From: an uncultured Alphaproteobacteria bacterium
GTDB taxonomy: Bacteria; Pseudomonadota; Alphaproteobacteria; HIMB59; GCA-002718135
NCBI GenBank assembly: GCA_902614085.1
Contig: CACMJS010000003.1
Location: 7,928 to 71,927 of the forward strand
Length of the DNA stretch: 64,000 nt
Reading direction: 5' to 3'
Both the position numbers and the translations under genes were made by a program. The notes below the pieces were generated by a model. The model worked only from the letters and a program-made list of their open reading frames with translations. It was not told the DNA's origin and searched no databases. Shown one piece after another: positions 29,728-39,414 of this stretch; within the stretch, counting starts at the first letter, position 1; every line of letters begins with the position of its first letter.

Positions 29728-30317
29728 TTGATGTTATTTTTAATTTTTTAATTCAATTTGATTTATTAATCAAAAATAATTTAGAATTGTCTTTAATTTT
29801 ATATTTTTTATTTTCATTTTTGTTTTTTACATTCTCTCTACCTGGTAGTTTAGTAATTATACTTGCATCAAGTTTCTTTTTTGGATTTATTACAGGTTTT
29901 ATAATTAATATAACAACTATTGTTTTAGGTAGTTTATGTTTTTTTCTTTTTTTTAAAAATCTATTTAAAAAATATTTTAATAAACAAATTGAAAAATTTA
30001 GTGATAAACTAAATACAATCATTAAAAAATCATCTTTTGAATACTTAGTTTTATTACGACTTATCTTTGGGGTGCCATTATTTGTTCAAAATTTATTTTT
30101 ATCAACATTGAATATTTCTAAAACTAAATTTATAATTTCATCTTTTATTGGTTTTACTCCTTATTTTCTTCTTTTTTCATTTATTGGTAATCAATTTTCT
30201 AATCTTATTGAAGTTAAGGAATTTCAACTTAGTAATATTTTATCATTTGAATTAATTTTAATTTTTTTAATATTAATTATTCTTTTATTAATTAGAATTT
30301 TTTTTAAATTTAAATAA
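29724..30317 (+). CDS. VTT/TVP38 (DedA superfamily) membrane protein
   Basis: FSLPG, GSLCFF, LLRLIFGVPLFVQN, FIGFTP. Confidence 0.8.
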   Translation: MIDVIFNFLIQFDLLIKNNLELSLILYFLFSFLFFTFSLPGSLVIILASSFFFGFITGFIINITTIVLGSLCFFLFFKNLFKKYFNKQIEKFSDKLNTIIKKSSFEYLVLLRLIFGVPLFVQNLFLSTLNISKTKFIISSFIGFTPYFLLFSFIGNQFSNLIEVKEFQLSNILSFELILIFLILIILLLIRIFFKFK

Positions 30318-30693
30318 ATAGTTTTTTAAATCTAATTGAAATGAATAATAAATAAATAGTAACAATTATTGCGGCATAAATAGTTATATCAATAATTATT
30401 AAATTATTTGCGGAAAATTCATTTGATATTCTTGAATATATCAAAGCTGAGGTCTGTATTATGGATGTAATAATAATAACATTAAGTAATCTGATTGAGC
30501 CCTTTGTATTTAAGTAGATCATTAAAAGACCAATAAATAAAAGACCTGTTATAGCTCCACCAAGATTTCTTAGCCATGCTATATTGGTATTTTCAGCAAC
30601 AGTTAAATTCACAAAACTATATGGAAAAATTAAAAAATAAATTCCATAAATTAAAGAAAAAATTGATAAAAATAATATGCTTAATCTGATCAT
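30310..30693 (-). CDS. Hypothetical 4-TM membrane protein (DUF4345-like?)
   Basis: Four hydrophobic helices; family assignment uncertain. Confidence 0.6.
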   Translation of the reverse strand: MIRLSILFLSIFSLIYGIYFLIFPYSFVNLTVAENTNIAWLRNLGGAITGLLFIGLLMIYLNTKGSIRLLNVIIITSIIQTSALIYSRISNEFSANNLIIIDITIYAAIIVTIYLLFISIRFKKLFI

Positions 30694-30761
30694 CTACTAA
30701 AAACTATTTATTAAGATATAATTAGTATTGCAAATTAATTTTTACTAAATATAGAAAATAT

Positions 30762-30995
30762 ATGATCCGATTGTTAATAGTTTTAATTGTTATAGTAATT
30801 ATACTATTTATTTTGAGATCAAGAGCCAAATCACAATATAATAATTATGGTAACTTTTATAGAAATTTAATTCTGATAGTCATAATTGGAGGTATAATCT
30901 TCTTCCTTGCAACAACTGGAAAATTCTTGATACCACAGTTATTAAATCTTATTAAAGTTGGTTTACCATTCTTGACAAAATTAATAGGAATATAA
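30762..30995 (+). CDS. Small hypothetical membrane protein (77 aa)
   Basis: Two TM helices; stop overlaps the next start (TAATG). Confidence 0.7.
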   Translation: MIRLLIVLIVIVIILFILRSRAKSQYNNYGNFYRNLILIVIIGGIIFFLATTGKFLIPQLLNLIKVGLPFLTKLIGI

Positions 30996-31858
30996 TGAAA
31001 TATTTTTCAACAAACGATCTACCCTTAAACGATGAAATGATTAAGTTTTGGAATGATAATGGATATTTGGTTATAGAAAATTTCAATACAGATAAAGAAT
31101 GTAATGAATTAATGGAACGGTCATCATATCTTATCGAACATAATAATTTTAATAATCAAAAATCTATTTTTGATACAGTCAATCAAGCTCATAATGATGA
31201 TAATTATTTTTTAGAATCAGGAGATAAAATTCGTTTCTTCTTTGAAGAAAAAGCTAATTTAAATGATGATAACATAGAAGAAAATAAACATTTTATTGTA
31301 AATAAAATCGGTCATGCGTTGCACGACTTAGATAAAGTTTTTTATAAATTTTCTCATAAACAAAAACTTCAAGATATTGCTTTATCACTTGGTTTCTCAA
31401 AACCAAAATTACTTCAGTCTATGTATATTTTTAAACAACCTAAAATAGGCGGTGAAGTAGTTTGCCATCAAGATTCTACTTTTTTATATACTGAGCCAGA
31501 AAGTACTATCGGTTTCTGGTTTGCATTAGAAGATGCAAATAAAACAAACGGATGTTTACAAGTTGCAAGCGGAGGTCATAAAGGCCCATTAAGAAAACTT
31601 TTTAAAAAAGTAGACGGTAAAATGCAAATGATAGATCTAAATGATGAGCCATTTCCTGAAACTGATACTTTTGTAGAAGTAAAAAAAGGATCACTTGTTT
31701 TATTACATGGTAGACTTCCTCATTATTCATGTGAGAACACAAGTATAAAATCAAGACATGCTTACACAATTCATGTAATTGATAATAACAACGAATATCC
31801 TGAATGGAATTGGTTACAAAGATCTTCAATACCTCTTAAAAGTTTTATTAATGACTAA
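30995..31858 (+). CDS. PhyH-family Fe(II)/2-oxoglutarate dioxygenase, PHYHD1-like
   Basis: NKIGHALHD, QSMYIFKQPKIGGEV, HQD iron motif, WFALEDA, NGCL, distal H in LPHYS, SR. Confidence 0.9.
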   Translation: MKYFSTNDLPLNDEMIKFWNDNGYLVIENFNTDKECNELMERSSYLIEHNNFNNQKSIFDTVNQAHNDDNYFLESGDKIRFFFEEKANLNDDNIEENKHFIVNKIGHALHDLDKVFYKFSHKQKLQDIALSLGFSKPKLLQSMYIFKQPKIGGEVVCHQDSTFLYTEPESTIGFWFALEDANKTNGCLQVASGGHKGPLRKLFKKVDGKMQMIDLNDEPFPETDTFVEVKKGSLVLLHGRLPHYSCENTSIKSRHAYTIHVIDNNNEYPEWNWLQRSSIPLKSFIND

Positions 31859-32795
31859 AAAAATAATTTTAGATTGTGATCCAGGTCATGATGATGCTGT
31901 AGCAATAATGTTAGCTGCTTCCTCTAAAGAGATTGACATACTGGGTATCACCTGTGTCGGTGGAAATAGTGGTTTAAATAATACAGTAAATAACGCTCTT
32001 AAAGTTTGTACCCTAATTGAAAGAACGGACATTAAAGTTTACTCTGGTGCAAATAAACCTATTCATTATGAATTATTTACAGCTGAATATGTTCACGGAA
32101 AAACCGGATTAGATAAAAAAGGTGATCCTATAATAATAGATACAAATTATAAACCTCAAGAAAAACATGCAGTTGATTTCATAGTAGAAACTTGTAAATC
32201 TTCAACAGAGCAAATTTATTTATGTCCAACAGGACCTCTTACAAATATTGCCTTAAGTTTAAAAAAAGATCCATCTATTAAAGAAAATATAAAAGAAATA
32301 GTTTTTATGGGTGGAGCTGCTATGTGCTTAGGAAATACTACACCATCAGCTGAATTTAATATTTATGTGGATCCACATGCGGCTAATATTGTTTTAGAGT
32401 CAGGCATTCCTTTAACAATGATGGGTTTAGATGTTACTCATCAGGTAAATGTAAATTCAAAAATTATCAAATCAATTAATGAAAATAAAAATAAAAGTTC
32501 TAAGTTTTTTGGGGAACTAATGGAATTTTATACAATATTTCATAAAGAATTATACGAAACTGAGGAAACTCCTTTGCATGACCCATGTGTTATTGCATAT
32601 TTATTAGATCCATCTATTTTTAGTGGAAAAGAAGTTAATGTCACAGTTGAAGAAAATTCTGAATTAACAAGAGGGGAGACTGTTGTTGATTGGCTAGGTG
32701 TTACTAAAAGACCAGTAAATTGTTTTGTGATGAATGAAGCTAATGATGAAAAATTTTTTAAATTACTTAAAGCTAAATTATTGTTATTACCTTAA
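31851..32795 (+). CDS. Inosine/uridine-preferring nucleoside hydrolase
   Basis: ILDCDPGHDDA (Ca-binding Asp cluster), VHGKTGL, TGPLTN, AEFNIYVDPHAA, GLDVT, LHDP. Likely start is ATG 31851. Confidence 0.94.
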   Translation: MTKKIILDCDPGHDDAVAIMLAASSKEIDILGITCVGGNSGLNNTVNNALKVCTLIERTDIKVYSGANKPIHYELFTAEYVHGKTGLDKKGDPIIIDTNYKPQEKHAVDFIVETCKSSTEQIYLCPTGPLTNIALSLKKDPSIKENIKEIVFMGGAAMCLGNTTPSAEFNIYVDPHAANIVLESGIPLTMMGLDVTHQVNVNSKIIKSINENKNKSSKFFGELMEFYTIFHKELYETEETPLHDPCVIAYLLDPSIFSGKEVNVTVEENSELTRGETVVDWLGVTKRPVNCFVMNEANDEKFFKLLKAKLLLLP

Positions 32796-33700
32796 CTATA
32801 AAAACCCTTTGCAATCTTTCCAGCTAAATTCGCATTATTAATTATTAAAGATACATTAGCATTTAGAGTTTCATTTTTTGATTGTTCGTTAATTTCTTTT
32901 ATGAGAAATGGGGTTAATTCTTTTCCACTAATATTATTTCTATCAGCTTTTATTGTTGCCTTATTTATCCATTTTTCTACGTCATTTTTATTAAGTGCTT
33001 TTTCTAATGGAACTTTATTAAATATAAGAATTGATTTTTTATTTCCCATATTTTCATTGAGTTTTAAAAAAGAAGAAATTTGATGAATTTCATCAAATTT
33101 ATTATCGACTTTATTTTCTGTTTCTTCATACCAAAAACCAGGTATATAATTTGTTTGATAACCAATTCTTGTAATTCCTAAAGTTTCAAGAAGTTCATTT
33201 GTTTTACTTAAATCTAATATAGATTTAGCACCACTACAGATTACATAATTTGAATTCTCAGAAAGTGCATATAGATCTGCAGATACATCATTGGTATTTT
33301 CAGCATTTAGATGCACACCGCCAATTCCTCCTGTTGCAAAAAATCTTATTTGAAATTTAGAAGCTATAGAAATTGTACTTGCTACTGTTGTAGCAGCATT
33401 TTCTTTATTAAATATTGATAAATTTATATTGTGGTTTGAAACTTTTTGTACATTTTTCTCTTTTGCTAATATTTGAATATCTTCTTCCGATAATCCTATT
33501 TTAACCTTACCTTTAATTATTCCTATTGTTGCAGCAATTGCACCGTTATCTTCAACAGCCTTTATAGACTCATTTGCAACTTTAATATTTTCTGGATAGG
33601 GCAATCCATGACTAATCAATGTACTTTCTAAAGCTACTATTGGTTTTTTTCTATTTATTGCTTCTTGAACTTTTTTACTTATATCAAATATTTCATGCAT
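32792..33700 (-). CDS. psuG: Pseudouridine-5'-phosphate glycosidase
   Basis: VALESTLISHGLPYPEN, ATTVAST, FATGGIGGVH, DVSADL, SGAKSILD, GKELTPFL. ATG at 33700 (track uses TTG 33712). Confidence 0.95.
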   Translation of the reverse strand: MHEIFDISKKVQEAINRKKPIVALESTLISHGLPYPENIKVANESIKAVEDNGAIAATIGIIKGKVKIGLSEEDIQILAKEKNVQKVSNHNINLSIFNKENAATTVASTISIASKFQIRFFATGGIGGVHLNAENTNDVSADLYALSENSNYVICSGAKSILDLSKTNELLETLGITRIGYQTNYIPGFWYEETENKVDNKFDEIHQISSFLKLNENMGNKKSILIFNKVPLEKALNKNDVEKWINKATIKADRNNISGKELTPFLIKEINEQSKNETLNANVSLIINNANLAGKIAKGFYS

Positions 33701-33701
33701 A

Positions 33702-34589
33702 CTATTGTACAATCACTCTCTTAGAAAGATTTTTAATTTTTAAAAAATCACTCTTAGTTTTTAGACTTTTACCACTAGCATAATAAGACCCGCATGCTAC
33801 AGAAGTTTTCAAAATATAATTCATTTTTTCATTAATACTGAACAAATACAGCATCATAGCTGCTAGTGCGTCTCCAGCTCCATTTTCGTTTACTACTTTG
33901 ATTGATGGGGGTTTTATTTTTTTTATAAATTCATTACTTCCAAAGATTACATTATTTTTTGAATTAGTAGTAATTATTTTTATTTTTTTATTTTGTTTTA
34001 ATATTTTTTTTACACCTAATATTATATTTGAAGAATTTGTAAGTTTAAGTAACTCTGCTTTATTTAAGAATATAAAATCAACTTTATTTATAATCCTTTT
34101 AATTTTAATAACTTTATGCACTGATGTTGCGCACACTATAATTTTATTTTTTTTTGATAGTTTATTTATTGATTTTTCCAAATAGGTTTTAGAAAAATTT
34201 AGATCAAATATTATATTTTTATTCTTGATGTTTGGTATTTTTAAAGATTTATTATTTTCATATTCATCTGTGTTAGCTAATCCTAATAAAAATTTATTAT
34301 TTTTATCTGATAAAGCTAAATAGTATCTATCTGCATAATCTTTATTCACTTGATGAACATAGATTTTTTTTGAGATTTTTTTTCTAATCTCTTCATTGAT
34401 AGCTAAACTATAAAATTTTACATCAACAAAATTCGAAAGCAATTCTGCAATATTGTATGCCACTCCACCAATTCTGCTTTTTTGTGTAATTTGATTAGAT
34501 CTAAAATTAATAATATTTTTTTTAAGATTTAATAAATAATCGTGATGAATTGCCCCAATACAAACGAAAATGTTTTTAGATTTCAGCAT
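33702..34589 (-). CDS. psuK: PfkB-family kinase, probable pseudouridine kinase (divergent)
   Basis: IGA..D, GGVAYNIA, LNKAEL, NENGAGDAL anion-hole motif; coupled to psuG. Confidence 0.72.
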   Translation of the reverse strand: MLKSKNIFVCIGAIHHDYLLNLKKNIINFRSNQITQKSRIGGVAYNIAELLSNFVDVKFYSLAINEEIRKKISKKIYVHQVNKDYADRYYLALSDKNNKFLLGLANTDEYENNKSLKIPNIKNKNIIFDLNFSKTYLEKSINKLSKKNKIIVCATSVHKVIKIKRIINKVDFIFLNKAELLKLTNSSNIILGVKKILKQNKKIKIITTNSKNNVIFGSNEFIKKIKPPSIKVVNENGAGDALAAMMLYLFSINEKMNYILKTSVACGSYYASGKSLKTKSDFLKIKNLSKRVIVQ

Positions 34590-37500
34590 TATGAATTATA
34601 CACCTTTTATGTCAGTTTTTGATGTTGATCCACCTATTATTGATAATAAACATTTAATTAAATGGTTAAAGATTAATTTTTCTTTCTTAAGAAATAAATT
34701 ACTCAAAATTAAACAACTTGATAGTGAAAGGGATATAAATTTTATTATATTCATAAATAATAAAAAAAAATATGTATTAAAAATTTCAAACCCATCAGAA
34801 AATATAAATATATTAAAATACCAAGATAGATTAATTAATTATTTACGAAGTGATCTTAGTCTTAAATCTTTTATACCAAAAATACACCATACAAAGATTG
34901 TAAAATATTTAGATAAAAAAAATAGAGAATGCTTTGTTAGGATCTTATCTTATATAGAAGGGCGAATGTATGGAGATACAAAAAGTAACGATAAAATTGA
35001 AAATTCTTTAGGTAAGTTACTTGGAAAAGTATCAACTAAGTTGAAAGCATTTAACGATATAGATGCCCACAGAAATTTTATTTGGGATCCATCAAATATA
35101 AAATGGATTAAAAAAGACATTAATATTTTTACAGGTTCAAAAAAATTAATTTTATTAAAATGTTTTTCAGAATATGAAAAATTTGTAAAAAATAATTTAA
35201 ATAAATTAAGATATTCAATAACTCATTCAGATCCAAATAATTATAATATTGTTATTAAAGAAAACAATGTTTGTGGTTTACTAGATTATGGAGATTCTAT
35301 TTATTCTCCAACAATAAATGATTTAGCTATATGCCTTTCATATGCATTAATGAACAATGATAATATTTATCTTACACTTAAAAATATAATAACAGAGTAC
35401 AATAAACAGTTTTCTATTAATGAGGATGAAATTAATTCATTAATATCATTATGTAAGTCAAGACTTATGATTACTGTTGTGATGGCAAAAAAACAAAGAA
35501 TTAAATATCCATCAAATCAATATTTAAGCATTAGTGAGAAAGATGCATGGTCTTTATTAGAAAAATTAGACAAAATTCCTATCAATTTTTTAATATATAT
35601 TGTTCGCGAAATATGTGGCTTTGATATTATTCACCATCATAATGAAATTATAAATTATATAAATAAATTCAACTTTGGTAATATTTTTAAATTTAATTTA
35701 CTAGATAAAAATAAATCTATCTTAAAATTAAGTTCTGATTCACCTTTATTGAAAGGTAACCCAGATAATATTTCGCTTAAAAAAAGAGTTAATAAAATAT
35801 TTAAAGAAGATAATTCTCATATAGGTATAGGCTTATACAATGAAAAAAGAAAAGTTTATAAGGGACCTAACTTTATTTCTGAATTAAATACGAATGAAAG
35901 ACGTAATATTCACTTAGGAATTGATATTTTTATTGATCAGGGAACAGATTTATTTGCTCCAATAGATGGTAAAATTATAATTTTAAAAAATAATAATTTT
36001 AAATATGACTATGGCCCCACTCTAGTTTTAGAGCATAGTTTTAAAAAATATAAATTTTATACTCTATACGGTCATTTATCTAAAATAATGTTTCAAAAAC
36101 TAAAAATTGGAAAAAAAATTAAGAAAGGTGAATGGATTGGTAAAATTGGTAATTCTAATGAAAATGGAAAATGGTTACCACATTTACATTTTCAAATTAT
36201 TTTAGATTTATTAGGACATGATAAGAATTTTCCAGGAGTAGGTGAAAAATTTTTATTCAATATTTGGAATAAAATTTCACCTGATCCAAATTTAATTCTA
36301 CGAATTCCAAAATCTTTTTATTCTAATAATAATAATTTTAAAGATACTTTAAAGAAAAGAAAAAAAAATATTTCTGATAATTTATCAATTTCTTACAAGA
36401 AACCTCTTCATATGCTTGAAGCTAAAGATCAGTATTTTTTTGATAGATATGGCAGGAGATACTTAGATTGTGTAAATAATATTTCCCATGTTGGACATTC
36501 AAATTTCTACGTCCATGAAGCTATGACTCAGCAAAATTTAAAACTTAATACTAATACGAGATATCTTTACGATACAATTAACGATTATAGTGAATTACTT
36601 TTAAGTAAGTTTCCAAAGAAATTAAATAAGATATTTTTCGTATGTACAGGATCTGAAGCTAATGATTTAGCTTATAGAATAGCCCAAACTTATACTAGTG
36701 CAAAAGATGTCTTTGTGATGGACAATGCTTATCATGGGCATACCAATGCTTTAATTGATCTAAGTCCGTATAAATTTAATAGTAAGGGTGGTTTGGGTAA
36801 AAAAGATTATGTTCATGTATTAGACATGCCTGATCCCCTAAGAGGTAAGTGGAGATATCAAAATTCAAATTGGATTCAAAAATATATAGATGAAGCTAAA
36901 ACGGTAATTAGAAATAAAATTAAAAAAACCAATATTGCATGTTTTTTTACTGAAAGTATACTTGGTTGCGGCGGTCAAGTAATTCTTCCAAAAAATTATT
37001 TAAAAGAAATATTTTCAGAAATTAGAAGAAACAATGCATTATGTATTGTTGACGAGGTACAAACTGGTTTTGGACGCGTTGGAAGACATTTTTGGTCATT
37101 TGAAGAGCATGATGTCATTCCTGATATAGTAACCTTGGGCAAACCTATGGGCAATGGTCACCCTATAGCTGCTGTTATAACTACAGAAAAAATTGCTTCA
37201 ACTTTTAATAACGGGATGGAATATTTTAACTCATTCGGTGGTAATCCTGTTTCCTGTGCTATCGGCAAAGCAGTATTAGAGACTATTGATAATAATAAAT
37301 TACAAAAAAATGCTTTGTTAGTTGGTAATTATTTTTTAAAAGAATTAAAAAAAATCCAACTTAAATATAAAAAATATATTAGTGAAGTTAGAGGTAGGGG
37401 GCTTTTTTTAGGAATAGATATTATTCAGAATAGTAATGTTTCTAAACCAAATAAAAAATTAGCTAAACTGCTTATTAATTATATGAGAAATCAAGGTATT

Positions 37501-37620
37501 TTATTGAGCACTGATGGACCTTATGACAATGTTATTAAAATAAAGCCACCTCTTGTATTTACAAAATTAAATGTTGATCAGGTATGTAAAAACTTAGAAA
37601 CTTTCTTTAAAAAATTATAA
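34570..37620 (+). CDS. Three-domain fusion: aminoglycoside-phosphotransferase-like kinase, M23 metallopeptidase-like domain, class III PLP aminotransferase/phospho-lyase
   Basis: Kinase VLKISN, HSDPNNYN, LDYGD; M23 HLGID, YGHL, PHLHFQ; PLP domain YLDCVNN, GSEANDLA, DEVQTGFGR, LGKPMGNG. Real start is probably ATG 34591 or 34609. Confidence 0.9.
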   Translation: MFLDFSIMNYTPFMSVFDVDPPIIDNKHLIKWLKINFSFLRNKLLKIKQLDSERDINFIIFINNKKKYVLKISNPSENINILKYQDRLINYLRSDLSLKSFIPKIHHTKIVKYLDKKNRECFVRILSYIEGRMYGDTKSNDKIENSLGKLLGKVSTKLKAFNDIDAHRNFIWDPSNIKWIKKDINIFTGSKKLILLKCFSEYEKFVKNNLNKLRYSITHSDPNNYNIVIKENNVCGLLDYGDSIYSPTINDLAICLSYALMNNDNIYLTLKNIITEYNKQFSINEDEINSLISLCKSRLMITVVMAKKQRIKYPSNQYLSISEKDAWSLLEKLDKIPINFLIYIVREICGFDIIHHHNEIINYINKFNFGNIFKFNLLDKNKSILKLSSDSPLLKGNPDNISLKKRVNKIFKEDNSHIGIGLYNEKRKVYKGPNFISELNTNERRNIHLGIDIFIDQGTDLFAPIDGKIIILKNNNFKYDYGPTLVLEHSFKKYKFYTLYGHLSKIMFQKLKIGKKIKKGEWIGKIGNSNENGKWLPHLHFQIILDLLGHDKNFPGVGEKFLFNIWNKISPDPNLILRIPKSFYSNNNNFKDTLKKRKKNISDNLSISYKKPLHMLEAKDQYFFDRYGRRYLDCVNNISHVGHSNFYVHEAMTQQNLKLNTNTRYLYDTINDYSELLLSKFPKKLNKIFFVCTGSEANDLAYRIAQTYTSAKDVFVMDNAYHGHTNALIDLSPYKFNSKGGLGKKDYVHVLDMPDPLRGKWRYQNSNWIQKYIDEAKTVIRNKIKKTNIACFFTESILGCGGQVILPKNYLKEIFSEIRRNNALCIVDEVQTGFGRVGRHFWSFEEHDVIPDIVTLGKPMGNGHPIAAVITTEKIASTFNNGMEYFNSFGGNPVSCAIGKAVLETIDNNKLQKNALLVGNYFLKELKKIQLKYKKYISEVRGRGLFLGIDIIQNSNVSKPNKKLAKLLINYMRNQGILLSTDGPYDNVIKIKPPLVFTKLNVDQVCKNLETFFKKL

Positions 37621-38206
37621 AATATATTCCATAACTAATCATTAGCAGACCAATGGTTAGATCAATCCAAAACCAAGTTTTATTTGAATAAATATATTTT
37701 GACAAAAACTTTGACATATATCCCAAAGAAAAGAAAAACAAAAAACTAGCTGAAATTGCTCCAACGCCAAATGAAAATTGATCATTAAAATTTGTTGATA
37801 ATGATCCCAGCAAAATAATTGTATCTAGATAAACATGAGGATTAGCGTATGTAATAAGGAATAAGGTAATTAATACTTTACCGTATTCGTTAATTATATT
37901 TAATTTTTTATTTATATCTTTAATTTGATTTAATTTTATAACTTTATTTAATCCATAAAATATAAGCCAAATTCCACCTAATACTTTTATTATTCCTATG
38001 ATACTTGGATTAATTTGAACAATATAATTAGATAGATATATTCCAATTACAATTAGTAAACTGTCAGATAGACTGCAAAATAAAGTAACTGTAAAAACAT
38101 AAGATTTTTTAAGCCCTTGTTGAATTACAAATAAATTTTGCGGTCCTATGGCTATAATTAATGTTCCTCCAATTATTAATCCTTGGATAAAATCATAAAT
38201 ATACAT
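37607..38206 (-). CDS. LysE/ArgO family amino-acid exporter
   Basis: IAIGPQNLFVIQQGL, SDSLLI, NPHVYLDT. Confidence 0.92.
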   Translation of the reverse strand: MYIYDFIQGLIIGGTLIIAIGPQNLFVIQQGLKKSYVFTVTLFCSLSDSLLIVIGIYLSNYIVQINPSIIGIIKVLGGIWLIFYGLNKVIKLNQIKDINKKLNIINEYGKVLITLFLITYANPHVYLDTIILLGSLSTNFNDQFSFGVGAISASFLFFFSLGYMSKFLSKYIYSNKTWFWIDLTIGLLMISYGIYFIIF

Positions 38207-38242
38207 ATTGCCTTAAATTATAATTACACTATTTTAAAAAAT

Positions 38243-38701
38243 ATGCATAAAATTATATTGTTTAGTTTTTTTATTTTATTATCAAAAAGTGTTTATGGAG
38301 AAATGATAAAACCAGACCCTTCAATTGGTCCTAAAGAAGTTATTTTAATTCAATTAAAAGCACTACAAAAAAATAATTCACCTTTTGACGATGCCGGTAT
38401 TGAACAAACTTGGGAATTTGCACATCCAAATAATAGAATGTACACAGGTCCTCTAGACAATTTTATTAGGATGATTAAAAATCCATCATACTCAATGATG
38501 ATTGATCACTTAGAACACAATATAATTCCAGTTCAGGAACAAGAAAAAAGTTCATATTACTTTGTAGAGCTTACAGATAGTAATGGAAAAAAATTTGGTT
38601 TCGAATGGACAGTAGAAAAAGTAGAGCAAAACGGTGAGTTTAAAGATTGTTGGATGACCGTAGGTGTTTCTAGACCAATGCCTTTATCGCAAGCATCATA
38701 G
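38243..38701 (+). CDS. DUF4864-like secreted protein
   Basis: Signal peptide from ATG 38243, QLKALQ, WEFAHP, F..MI...Y..M, W; family recalled from pattern only. Confidence 0.65.
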   Translation: MHKIILFSFFILLSKSVYGEMIKPDPSIGPKEVILIQLKALQKNNSPFDDAGIEQTWEFAHPNNRMYTGPLDNFIRMIKNPSYSMMIDHLEHNIIPVQEQEKSSYYFVELTDSNGKKFGFEWTVEKVEQNGEFKDCWMTVGVSRPMPLSQAS

Positions 38702-39357
38702 TGTGCGGAAGATTTACAAGTACTGAAGATAAAGAAAAAATTATAAAAATTTTTCCTAACTCTGAAGTTTTAAATTACGCACATAAGTCTTACAATATAT
38801 CACCGTCTAATATTGTTAATATTATTTATGAAAACAATCATAAACTTTTAATAGATACTTTTATTTGGAGTTATAGTTTTTTTAGTAAACAAAATAATGT
38901 TACTCAATTTGTTATTAATGCAAGAATTGAAACAATTAATGATAAATATTTATTCAAAGAATCATTTACTAAAAGAAAATGTCTTATTATTGCAAATGGA
39001 TACTATGAATGGAAAAATATAAATAATCAAAAGCAACCATATTTAATATCAATTCCTAGAAATGAATTATTGTTTTTTGGTGGAATTTGGAGGGAAGAAA
39101 TAAGAGATAATAAAAAAATGAATGTTGTCTGTATCATTACTAAGGAAGCAAATGAAAACCTTTCCCATATACATAATAGAATGCCTCTTATTATGTCTCA
39201 TAATGAGGGTCTTGATTTTCTTAATGATAATGAAAATGAATTCCTACATAAAAACAAAAGTATTATCGAGGATGATTTAGACTTTTATCCAGTATCAAAA
39301 ATTGTAAATAATCCAAAAAATAATGATGAAAATTGCCTAAAGGAAATATCTTTATAA
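38701..39357 (+). CDS. SOS response-associated peptidase (SRAP/YedK/HMCES family)
   Basis: GTG start giving N-terminal MCGRF, YNISP, INARIET, GYYEW, HNRMP. Confidence 0.92.
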   Translation: MCGRFTSTEDKEKIIKIFPNSEVLNYAHKSYNISPSNIVNIIYENNHKLLIDTFIWSYSFFSKQNNVTQFVINARIETINDKYLFKESFTKRKCLIIANGYYEWKNINNQKQPYLISIPRNELLFFGGIWREEIRDNKKMNVVCIITKEANENLSHIHNRMPLIMSHNEGLDFLNDNENEFLHKNKSIIEDDLDFYPVSKIVNNPKNNDENCLKEISL

Positions 39358-39414
39358 TATTTAAATTTTTTTATCGCTTTTATAATATTAATCAAATATA
39401 TAATTTTTTTTTAA

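Noticed and set aside
30683-30772. Divergent small genes both starting MIRL (ATGATCAGATT vs ATGATCCGATT), suggesting an inverted duplication
   Set aside because: Similarity ends after about 11 nt and the proteins differ in length and topology.
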